Shown piece by piece: positions 13,874-64,000 of a DNA stretch of 64,000 nt. The stretch comes from Tubiluchus corallicola. Its lineage: Eukaryota; Animalia; Priapulida. Where the stretch lies: the NCBI GenBank assembly GCA_030141605.1, contig JAQGDQ010000604.1, positions 66,276 to 130,275 of the forward strand, given 5' to 3'. Within the stretch, counting starts at the first letter, position 1; every line of letters begins with the position of its first letter. The position numbers and the translations under genes are program-made. The notes below the pieces were generated by a model, which was given only the letters and a program-made list of their open reading frames with translations, made no database searches and was not told the origin of the DNA.

Positions 13874-15059
13874 CGTTAGCATTATAATAAACATCCAACT
13901 TGTTAGATCTATTCATGATCGACTTTATTTATAAATTAATAAAAAAATCTCACAAATAAAACACAAACCACGAATATTTTATCATAAGACGAAAAAGTAA
14001 AAAAGGAGAATATTGTGCATTATTTCTATGTGTGAATAATGTAAATAACCAAAAAAATGGTATCAGTGGTTTTTCCTCTTTTCGTTTTTTCATTTTTTCA
14101 CCTGATGAAAAACCACATTGATACAAAAATCCAGGTAAGAAAGTCACAGATATAAGAAATAACCCCAAACCTAATCCCTAATGCTGGACATAATTAATTG
14201 AGAATTTTTTCCTGTGATTTTTTCCATGCCAAATTTTTGACTTTTTTGCGTCACCTTTTTCCTCTGACCTTATAACCATATACCAGTCCAAAAAATCCTT
14301 TTCATTGTTTAAACAGTGAGATGTATTGATTATCCCAACTCTTGCCAGTAGGAATTAAGTTTGTATTGTTCGTGGATTTATTTAGCTATAATAATACTTG
14401 CTTAGTACAAATAGTCGTCCATTTGTAAAGTAATGGCAGCTATTGCTGTACGCTGTTCGTCACGCTGTACAAATTCTTCAGTAAGCATCGCAGCTCAAAT
14501 GTATGTTATGGAGGTAAGGTACACCTTTTGTATATATTTAGACTTCAGTATTATGCAATAATGAACGCTAATCTTAAAGAATTTTAAGATACTTTTCTTT
14601 CAACTCTTTTTTCATGACTAAACATACATTTTATCCACTTTTGCTAGCTACAAGCGGAAAATTAATTTTTCTTCTTAATTTGGCTCTAGGTCCTTATAAC
14701 ATTAATTTTAAATACGTAATGGTTAAATTATTATTTAAAGATAGTCACGTGTGTCTCTTCTTTCCCATTATTGAACATTATTTTATTATAAACTAACACA
14801 TTCGTATAATAATTCAATTTTCATTCGTCTTAAATGCAAAATCTGATAATTTTTAATTACCTGGTTAATTAACTAATTAATTATATTAGTAACAATCCTG
14901 AGAGGGTGGCTGACCTCGATAACTTATAGTTCTTTCGCCACCCTTTCACCACTAATCAATAATTACTTTTGCACTTTGTAATATTATTGTATGTTGTACA
15001 GATTTATAAATCTCTTAGTTATGTATTTTGCTATTTTAAAAATGGTGATAAACTAATAA

Positions 15060-15582
<523 letters not shown>

Positions 15583-15611
15583 ATTGCAAATTTATTTTCA
15601 TTTTTTCCTAG

Positions 15612-15844
15612 ATTCCAAGCTTGAGTGCGACTGTGATCTGATGTGGGCAGTAGAAACTGAGTGGTGGCGATTCATGGTCCATTGCTATAAGTCATGGGGT
15701 GCCAATATACGATGGAAACCGGCAAATTATCCCGTTTGTGATTCCAATGAAACAAATGAAACTTTTATTCTTAGCAGAGGCTGTAGATCAGTGTCAGTGA
15801 ATGGCGTGTTTTTATTGACCTTACCCGTACTTCTCTTCCTTTGA
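15612..15844 (+). CDS. Terminal coding exon: LRR C-terminal cap (LRRCT)-like motif plus hydrophobic C-terminus (GPI-signal-like); upstream exons not found
   Basis: ttttttcctAG acceptor. (D)SKLECDCDLMWAVETEWWRFMVHCYKSWGANIRWKPANYPVCDSNETNETFILSRGCRSVSVNGVFLLTLPVLLFL*. CxCxLxW...C...C pattern, with AATAAA downstream. Confidence 0.55.
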
Positions 15845-15887
15845 GTTGAAATACTAGAAATGATTCATTTTGGTATTTTACAGTCAC

Positions 15888-16300
15888 AACTTTATGTTCA
15901 TCAATAAATTATAAATTCAATAACTTGATGCTCATCAATAAATCATAAGATCAATAACTTTATGTTCATCAATAAATCATAAGATCAATAACTTTATGCT
16001 CATCAATAAATCATAAGATCAATAACTTTATGCTCATCAATAAATCGTAACATCAATAACTTTATGCTCATCAATAAATCATAACATCAATAACTTTATG
16101 CTCATCAATAAATCATAAGATCAATAACTTTGTGCTCATCAATAAATCATAAGATCAATAACTTTATGCTCATCAATAAATCATAACATCAGTAACTTTA
16201 TTGCTCATCAATAAATCATAAGATCAATAACGTTATGCTCATCAATAAATCATAAGATCAATAACTTTATGCTCATCAATAAATCATAACATCAATAAAT
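15888..16300 (+). repeat. 34-bp tandem array, each unit containing AATAAA
   Basis: About 12 copies of TCATCAATAAATCATAAGATCAATAACTTTATGC, beginning ~45 bp after the stop codon at 15844. Confidence 0.95.
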
Positions 16301-19300
16301 TAAGTAAACAATAATTTTCGTTTGTTTGTTTTCTACTGCTCATAAGCATGATCAGACCGGAACGGTTTCTCATTCCAAGAATGAAGGCAAGAACGGAAGT
16401 ACGGAAGAAGAACTTCTTCTTGCTCAGTTTTTGTCCGTCACGCATTTTTACTACAGCACACAGGCTGAGCTCAGCATTGCTTAACTTCTACCATTAGTAT
16501 ATGGCAGTGGGCAGAATGGGTTAAAAATTTCTATGTGGAAAACTCGTTAAAGGACCCAGTTACAAGGGCTGCACGTCGTTTTAGTAGGAATTTTCTACGT
16601 TGTGCTGGTTGCTCTTGTAATATGTGTTCCTAGGTCTAATGGGGTGGCAGCACAATCTCTGATTAGTGACCAAAGTTGACGTCACCACGTCTGGCTAATT
16701 AATGGATACATGACCTGCAGGAAAATTGCTTCTAAGCATTTTCATCTCCCATACTGCCAAGCACAAAAGATTTAATAAAGAGCAGTAACCATAAATTCTT
16801 GCTTTTAAGAAAAATGCTCTCCCCAAACGGTAGGGGTGAGTAAACTCCTTCAAAAATCGAATTCAAATCGAATCGAATTTCAAGATTTCGAATTCGAATC
16901 GATTTTGAATTCATTACTAACCATTTTCGAATCAAATTTCGAATAATGTATACAAAAATCTAAATTTATTTGCGGTGTGTTGGTAAGCAATTGTAAAAAA
17001 TAAAGAAATGTAGATTTCACAAAATATGATTCGTAGTTTTGTATACAAGTGCAACTTTATATTATATCAGTTTATGTATTATAGACGACACTATAGAAAA
17101 GCAGTTTGTGAAATAACAGTAAGCCTGTACAAGCCAGTCAATGAAAATATTTATGATGTGAATTACATATAAATATACATAGCTGTTACTCAAAAGCCAT
17201 CCCCGTACGGATACACCATCATTGAAGATGAGACGTTCCAAGCGGCATAAGCATGTAATTGACTGCTTTTATGTCAAATAAGAGGCCAAGCTATTCTTTG
17301 TAAATAAAATAATTTGAATGATTAAACACACAGCTTATGGTGATTCTATCTTTTACTATGTTGGGTTAACAGTGGTGCTTATAATTTATAAATTTACTAC
17401 AGTACAAACAAATTACCTGCTTTAAATTTTAATTCTGTTCTTTATTGGAAAACAGTTTACAAGTGTACACAAAGATACTACTTAGTTGCGCAGCTGTTGT
17501 GTTTAGTTTCTCTCGGAAGGCTCGTAGAGAAAACCAGAAAACACTTCAAATATTGACGCAGTCGACAGGATCCTTGGTAACTCAGTGGACGGTTGTTTAT
17601 TCAAGCAATGATGACCGAGCAGATGGGCGAATTTATCAAGCTCCTCCGCCAACAGATGGATCAGCAGCAAAACAAACGATTTAACATTGTCGATTACAAT
17701 TCAGATTAGTACTGACTTAAAAAATAACAGGTTTAAAATGTCTTCTGTTGAAAAAATGATGAAGATTTTGACTTTTGCAGTAGCATAAGAATCTCGTACA
17801 TAGATCTGACACGTAGTGACTAATAAAAAAATTAGACGATAAATTATGGAAAAGCAAAACAATACCTTTTGTGGCTCGTGTGTTTATTAATGCTAGTTGG
17901 ACTGCGGGAGTACTCCAAACCTATGAACCGTTTTCGTTTTACAATTATGCCACGGCTTTGCTTGAAGTGCAAGGGCTGGGAGTTTTGTCCAAATTTATTC
18001 ATTAATCCCATTATATGCAAGCAGTAACTGGCTCAAGCATGGGTTACAACGAAAAGTCGTGGGGTAGTCCAAAAACTATTTTTAAAAGACGCTCTTTTCA
18101 TGAAAAGTATGTAAGTAGGTCTTGTTTCCACAGTTTCTCGTTACAAATTTTGTTCTGGAAAATGAAACAGCGTTTTCCCGCTTTAAATGCGGTACACCAG
18201 TGTTTGATTTTCTTCGAAAATAAAAATTCGCGTTGTTCTGTACAGCGCACACCGTCCGAAAACGTGTCGCTATTCATTTTAATTTCTTAATTTTACGTGG
18301 GTTCTCCTTAGATACCTATTGCATTGCATTACTGGTCGCTGAGAAACAGGCGCAACACACTACATGAATGAATCAATGAAACAATCACTCATTGTTCAAT
18401 GATTTGTTGAATAGAAAGTTAAAATTAATAAACGAAAACGATAATGATGTTTAATAGTACAACATGCGATTATATTCTTCGTGGGGTCGCGATTTGATGC
18501 AGGGACATGGAAAAGGGGGCACCGTCAACAAAAGGTTGTGAACCCCGGGGCTAAAGCGAAACGGAGATACATACAGCAGCAACTGAAAGTCCTTGCGTTG
18601 CTGGTACCTTTTTTCTACACAGGTGCCTTGGGTTACAGAAATTGGAGAAAAAGAGCAGGAGACCAAAGTTCTAAATCTGTTTGATGTAGACACCTGTGTA
18701 GTTGCTACTCTTTAATGCTGCTTTTTAATTCTTGCCCTGTCACGGGAAGCTGCTTATTGGACAATAAATACTACTTAAATTAAAATTTTATTATAATAGT
18801 AACAAGAAAGAACGTCGTGTGCTTGGTAATAGTGCATCAAAATGTCACTTTTGTTAAAATTATAGTTGCTCTTTATTTTTGCAATGGGTAATGGCCCAAT
18901 TCTTCACTAGATAGAGTGTAGTTGTGTGTTAGCGTTGTTAATTACAGTAAAATAATGTTAATACAAATTATAGCACAAATTTTACTATGAGGTATACCGA
19001 AATTCAAATAATTTTGCTTTGTCATATTTTCAGTGGTTTGAAGCCTAATATTGCTTCTGTAGTTCAAAATAAGGGTCGATTATTCAATCGTGCCTAAAAC
19101 TCTTCCAAATTCACAGTAGGGTGATTATCTTATGCATTGCTCAGTAGAAACTGTTTTTATTATCAAATGTCGAGACGTTTCTGTCTTGCTGTATTGTTAT
19201 ACCCTCATGATTAGAGGTTAATCGAGTACATTAATAGAAACCCCACATTTTTCACAAAATAATTGTCGATTTTACTATTATATTTGGTGTGGCAGTCTCC

Positions 19301-19726
19301 ATTACAAGCAGATTATTCCATTCATTTACCACTCTCACTATAAATGAATATTTACGAATGGCAAGACGCTTTTTAAACAGCTTTAAACTATGTCCGCTAG
19401 TTTTAGAACCAACAAAAACAATTAATTAAAGACTTTTTCAGGTAAAATGTGTCTTTTCTAGTTTTTATAAACCTCAGCACAATTCCACGGTGTTTTTAAA
19501 TTTAAGACCTTTCCAAATTATGTCAGATTTTTACAACCGAATTATTTTTGTAACACGCCTTTGTACACCTTCCGTAAGTAATATTTCTTTCTGATAACGG
19601 GGATTCCAAAGTTGCACACAGCCACACACTATTCTAGATGAGGTATAACAAAATCAGTGTATAATTTTGATTATTATAACTTTTTTATTTCTCGAAACTA
19701 TGTGCTTCTTTATATTATTATTACAG

Positions 19727-19965
19727 TGCGCGGTAAATTTGATACGAGAAAGTTTGGTACAGGAAGTTTGGTACGGCAATTTTGGTACGAGGAAATTTTG
19801 GTATCAGGAAAATTTGGTACTAGGAATTTTTAGTACTCGATAGTTTTCGTACGGGTAAATTGGTTACTTTCATCTTTAGGTAGAAGGAAGTTTTAGTACT
19901 AGGAAAATACGGTACGAAGAAAATTTTATACTGAGAAAGTTTGGCACTGGAAAATTTGTTACTAA
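19727..19965 (+). repeat. Degenerate ~15-bp array (GGAAATTTTGGTAC), like a transposon subterminal repeat
   Basis: Reverse-complement relative of the 37237-37990 array. Confidence 0.7.
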
Positions 19966-19999
19966 ATGAAAAAAGAGAGCATCTCTATATCTCGATGTT

Positions 20000-20110
20000 G
20001 ATCACCGTAGCCGCCAGGCCAGCTGGCAGAGGCGCAAGAAAAGCATCGTATTCGACGGCCATTTTGTCTGTTGTGAAGGACGCGCGTACGCCGCATAGCA
20101 CAAAGCTGTA
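20000..20110 (+). promoter_or_regulatory. Candidate promoter: local GC/CpG-rich patch with a YY1-like GGCCATTTTG motif
   Basis: CpG-rich island in AT-rich DNA. Strong donor-like GTAAGT (20276) and GTAAGC (20315) lie just downstream. It is upstream of the polycystin-like exons. Confidence 0.3.
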
Positions 20111-21145
20111 TTGATAATGCTCGTCTGCTTTGACACTAAGACTTGTTTTTTGCATGCTGCATACATTTAAAATAATGAGCTTTTAATTACTGCATATTTA
20201 ACGCAAAGACGATGTATGTTGCAAATTAGGTGGTGCTTATTTCTTTTACTTGTAACGCTTTTCCTATAACTTGACGTAAGTGTATGTCCAAGCGCGTGAA
20301 TGAGATAAATTCAGGTAAGCCTTTTCCTTCCTTGTTAAATTATTAAATTCTTAGTCTTACACTACTGCAAAAACATGGTATCGAGTAGACCTGACGATTA
20401 ACTAGAACTGTATCCGTCACACTAATAGTTCTTTTAAAAGGCCTTGTACAATCCCGTCATTTTGGCTAATTCCATTTTTAAAGTTTCACGGCCTTTAATT
20501 TAAAATGTGTCACTTACCACTGTCAACTGGGGTGACTTTGATTAATCAGAGTTTCGCCTAATAATGCGTGACACCCTGTTGGGTATAACACTTTCAGAGT
20601 TAGCCAGTAGACCACCTGATGTAAAGAAGATGCCAGACTGATAATTACTTTTTTAAAAAAAACTTGAAATGTGCCATCAATGTCACCACGAGGTTTAGGG
20701 CTACTTTGGTCACGTGTCAAAAGTATCCTTACTACCGGATCGTTTTTAGAAAAATTAATCAATGATGGCCAAATTATTGCTATATTAGTTATATTAGTTT
20801 ACTCTTCTGTTTCAAAAAATACTTGTAAACCGCTTAATTTTTACAATTTTTCCACTGAGCGGCCATTGACTCTACATCTGAGAAGTAATACTGTTTAGAG
20901 CAATTAAATTTACCGAGTTGGATTTCTCTTTTCATTTACCTTGCAAATAAAATAGTCTTACTATATTGGAAACTTCTGCTTAGTTTCAATTCATGTCTGC
21001 TAACTTTGGGCACAAAACCTGCAAAAATCTAGATACAAGGCATAAAAATCTATATAAAAAAATCTTGAAGAAAGTTGCCAGTGATGACAGAGCCAGCCAG
21101 TTGACAGTAAATAGTGTCAGTTTAGATTTCGATGCCACGCCTGGG

Positions 21146-21295
21146 CAGGGCCTATTTCAGCCTAAGCGAGGCCCGGGGAAGTGGGGTGTGTGAGGTCTCC
21201 TCGGGGGGGGGGGGGAGGTAAATTTTTGAACTGCTAGAACCCCGGGTGAGGCCCCGGGGAAGTATCCCCACTTCCCCCCCTTGAAATAGGCCCTG
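21146..21295. mobile_element. hAT-type MITE (150 bp)
   Basis: TIRs CAGGGCCTATTTCA / TGAAATAGGCCCTG. 8-bp TSD CGCCTGGG / CGCCTGAG. Confidence 0.88.
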
Positions 21296-21839
21296 CGCCT
21301 GAGCACTTTAGCACACCAACATTTAGAAAATAAAGATTTGTTTGTTTTTCCATTTCACCATTACCTCAATAATAAAAGCTAAACAAAATAAAAATGTTTC
21401 TTTTCTGTAATGCAAATGTGCAAACTGCAGGCAACAAGATGGGCGACCTTTAATTTACTGAAGTTTTCTTGAAAGTTGTATTTCCATACCGTAGCTAAAA
21501 TGTTTGGCTAATAGAGTTTTCAATTTTTATCTATTTGCAATTTTAACTTTATATTAAGGTTTGAAATGATTTTAAGTTTGTGACATACTGCATGTCAAAT
21601 GCCTTATGTGAGTCATTCTCCACAGAACGTGCAAAATGCGTGTGAAAAAATTTGCTAAATGATAGGCAACATTTTTTTAAAAATACTGTGTCCTGCTATT
21701 AATAAGGTCCCCTTGTATATGAAGAAGATACTGGGAGAGCTTAAGACACTTGCAAAAATCTATTATGTCCATTTTAAAGTCATCCAAATGATTACTTTTG
21801 TCATTACTGTTACAGACATGGATAAAACATATTGTGAAA

Positions 21840-22265
21840 GTCATGTTTGAAGTTGTAGATCACTCACTTGTAGAACAAGAATAAAAAATCTATAATACAT
21901 ATGTGCACTGCGCAAACAGAAAAGTGTTTATTAAAACTAAAGACACATGAGTAGATTGACTGCTGCACTGAACACTGAGAATGAGAGTGTCCTGCACTGA
22001 ACACTGAGAGTTAGAGAGCCTAAAGAAACATGAGTAGCACGACTGCTGCACTGCACTGAGAGTTAGAGAGTGACTAGAAAGTAAAACAAGTCAGTATATA
22101 TAGGTATAGGTGTACTATGCAGACTTGTACAGGCTTCACAAAAACCATTACTGTAAAATAGGGGGAGATCCAGTGAATATGCATTCACTGGACCGTACAA
22201 CTATACTGGGGGTAAGTAGCTGGTAGAGTAACAGGATTAGTTCATAGATGGCAGCACCTAATTAA
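21840..22265 (+). mobile_element. Unclassified interspersed repeat, copy 1
   Basis: Colinear with 60476-60947 (CATGTTTGAAGTTGTAGATCACTCACTT ... TAGATGGCAGCACCTAATTA). Confidence 0.8.
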
Positions 22266-23464
22266 AAATGTCCAACTTCCACACATATACACATCAAGTA
22301 GTGTACTAAACTAATTTTCTTATGAAATACATTTTTTGTCCCTTGCTACAGAGAATTAAAACAATAGGGTTAATAAGTAGCATGTGACTGACCTTTTTCA
22401 TAAAAGTAACAGGAATGACATTGAACATGGAGACACACATCAAATTAAGCAATACTCATATTTGTTGATTCTGAAAGTATTTGAGAAGAATGTATTTGCA
22501 TTTACTGTACCGTTTAGAATAAAACATGCAAATAAAATTTTTAAATAGATACTACCCTCCATACTACAAAGTTATGAAGACTTTTTTCGAATTGCAGATT
22601 TTTTTTTCACTCAAGTCTTGTATACAGAATTGTACTGTAGTAATGCTCGGCAGGTGTAAAATGAAGGTTTTCGTATTTAATCGAAACTTCGAAGAAATGA
22701 AGGTTCAAAGTTCTAATTAGGATTTTGTTGTCTCTTTTCTCTGTCTGTGACTCCTATATTGTGTATGAAGAATTTAGGAATCCTTTTTCATATAATTGCA
22801 AGTTGAGTCATGCATATCAATCGGAATCTTAGTTAACATAGCAAAATTATGTCCTTAACGGTCGGTGAGTCAAAATCGAAGATAATAAACCTTTTCACAG
22901 TTCCAGCGATTGATGATGATTGTGAAAAGGTCAAAGGTTAAGTGAACCAGAGAATGCATTTGTGTACACTTATCAATGCCCCGCAGCCCACACGGTTGCA
23001 ATGGTAACAGTTTTAACATATGTTAACAGCTATCTAAAACCTTACTCGAACGTTACCAGCACGATCCTGCTACTAAATCACTTTACACACAGACCAATGC
23101 AGTAATTAAGTAAAGGTCATGTAAGACAACAGACGGCTTTGCTTTACCCATGTGTCACATGCATTTCTGTGGTTCACTTAACTTTTGACCTACAACAACT
23201 GTGTGTGCGCACAATGAAATTATGAAAAGCATTATTAATCCATCACACTTTCAGTAAGTCTGATTAAATGTTGATTAGAAATGATTCTCAACTAAGGATA
23301 ACTTCTAAACAATCTCTTATTGCAGGCTGATTGCAAAAAGCAATGCAGTTGAAAAGTATAGCACTTGTGTTACTCGCTATCAAGTTACTGGATATAGTGC
23401 ATGTCCATGCACAAAGTAAGTTACTTTATAGACGTTCAATATGAGTTGTAGGGTAAGTTTTAGG

Positions 23465-23965
23465 CAGATTTATATGCATATGTGTGTATGTTTTTATGTA
23501 CATGTCTATGTAGTACATATAGATTTATATGCATATGTGTGTATGTTTTTATCTACATGTCTACGTACTACATATAGATTTATATGCATATGTGTGTTTG
23601 TTTTTATGTGCATGTCTACGTAGTACATATAGATTTATATGCATATGTGTGTATGTTTTTATGTACATGTCTACGTAGTACATATAGATTTATATGCATA
23701 TGTGTGTATGTTTTTATGTACACGTCTACGTAGTACATATAGATTTATATGCATATGTGTGTATGTTTTTATGTACATGTCTACGTAGTACATATAGATT
23801 TATATGCATATGTGTGTATGTTTTTATGTACATGTCTACGTAGTACATATAGGTTTATATGCACATGTGTGTATGTTTTTATATACACGTCTACGTAGTA
23901 CATATAGATTTATATGCATATGTGTGCATGTTTTTATGTACATAACTACGTAATACATATATTGA
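23465..23965. repeat. 55-bp minisatellite (~9 copies)
   Basis: Unit AGATTTATATGCATATGTGTGTATGTTTTTATGTACATGTCTACGTAGTACATAT. Confidence 0.95.
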
Positions 23966-24653
23966 TTTAAGTTCAGCACTGCTTCCTGTAAACATGGAAA
24001 ATTATAGTCTGGCCGTGGAATATCGTATGAACTTTGCAGCTTCACATGAAACTAAATGAAATAAAACATAAATTGCATCTTCTAAAGTGCATTTCATGTG
24101 CCTTGACTTGATTATACCTGTTCGTTATACTAAACACATGAGTAATGTACATGAGCATTCTGACTAATTGCATACCTTGATGTCTGCTATTTCCCTCCAG
24201 ACACAATTAATCAATAGAAATGAATTATACCTCACTGTACTAGAAGCATAAATAAATACGAACCACATCTTGGTGTTATGCAACCAATCAAAAATGGTTT
24301 TAGCTGTCATATACAGCTGTTTAAAAGAACCATGCAGTATGAATCTTGTATCATTGTTATTCTGTATTTTAGTTAGTCAGAAGTGAAGAATTTTGCTTGT
24401 AAATCGACGCTGTGCAACAATATTTATTTGTAGAAAAAACTGAAGTCTGTTTGTAAATTTACCACACATACAGTAATAGATTGCAAAGGCTCTTCAAATA
24501 GAGCTGCTTTCATTTAAAATTATATAAGGCCATTCTATACTAAGCTCTGTGAAAGGTTGTTAGACAAACCAGTGCATGTCTAGAAATAACCAGAGTTGTA
24601 TCTCAAATGGGAAAACTTTCTAATGCAGCTATGCTGAAATTTGTTCATTGCAG

Positions 24654-63326
<38,673 letters not shown>

Positions 63327-63348
<22 letters not shown>

Positions 63349-63910
63349 GTAAGTCCTTTTGCAATTGTAATATAATATACTTGTGATACTAATATAACGT
63401 AAGTTCTTTTGCCATAGTAATATAACGTAAGTGTGCTTGTGACAGTGATGTAACATAAGTGTGCTTGTGACAGTGATGTAACATAAGTGTGCTTGTGACA
63501 GTGATGTAACATAAGTGTACTTGTGACAGTGATATAACATAAGTGTACTTGTGACAGTGATATAACATAAGTGTACTTGTGACACTGATGTAACATAAGT
63601 GTGCTTGTGACAGTGATGTAACGTAAGTGTACTGATGACAGTGATGTAACATAAGTTTACTTGTGACAGTGATGTAACATAAGTGTACTTGTGACAGTGA
63701 TATAACATAAGTGTACTTGTGACAGTGATCTAACATAAGTGTACTTGTGACAGTGATGTAACATAAGTGTACTTGTGGCAGTGATGTAACATAAGTGTGC
63801 TTGTGACAGTGATGTAACATAAGTGTACTTGTGACAGTGATATAACATAAGTGTGCTTGTGACAGTGATATAACATAAGTGTGCTTGTGACAGTGATGTA
63901 ACATAAATGT
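63327..63910 (+). repeat. 28-bp minisatellite derived from the exon end plus splice donor
   Basis: First unit GTACTTGTGATAGTAATATAAC|GTAAGT; later units GTACTTGTGACAGTGATGTAACATAAGT. Confidence 0.92.
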
Positions 63911-63911
63911 G

Positions 63912-63912
<1 letters not shown>

Positions 63913-64000
<88 letters not shown>
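63913..64000. repeat. (AAT)n microsatellite
   Basis: Seen directly. Confidence 0.97.

Noticed and set aside
14340-14513. Possible upstream exon for the LRRCT exon (GAG|GTAAGG donor at 14514)
   Set aside because: The phase-compatible frame shows no LRR consensus and no convincing acceptor.

Overview
AT-rich, intron- and repeat-rich animal (invertebrate-type) genomic DNA. I found no prokaryotic features. The main feature is a large + strand multi-exon gene assembled by hand from GT-AG exons with consistent phases. It runs from about 24.6 kb off the right end of the window and encodes 5 WSC domains, 1 FN3 domain, 10 EGF repeats (8 calcium-binding type), a PKD-like domain and the start of a REJ module, i.e. 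a polycystin-1/REJ-family receptor ectodomain. Its first (signal-peptide) exon was not identified. Upstream is a 6.1-kb minus-strand Gypsy-type LTR element with ~1.27-kb LTRs, a tRNA-His PBS, a PPT, a frameshifted baculovirus-F-like env remnant, no recognisable pol and no TSD. It sits between an orphan LITAF-like exon and an orphan LRRCT/GPI-type terminal exon. The introns carry many MITEs (TcMar, hAT, piggyBac), Helitron-like tandem copies, an RTE LINE fragment and about 20 different tandem arrays. Several arrays appear to have been amplified from local functional sequence: an exon end plus splice donor, a dead EGF exon, and a polyadenylation signal. Most ORFs in the supplied track are repeat artefacts.
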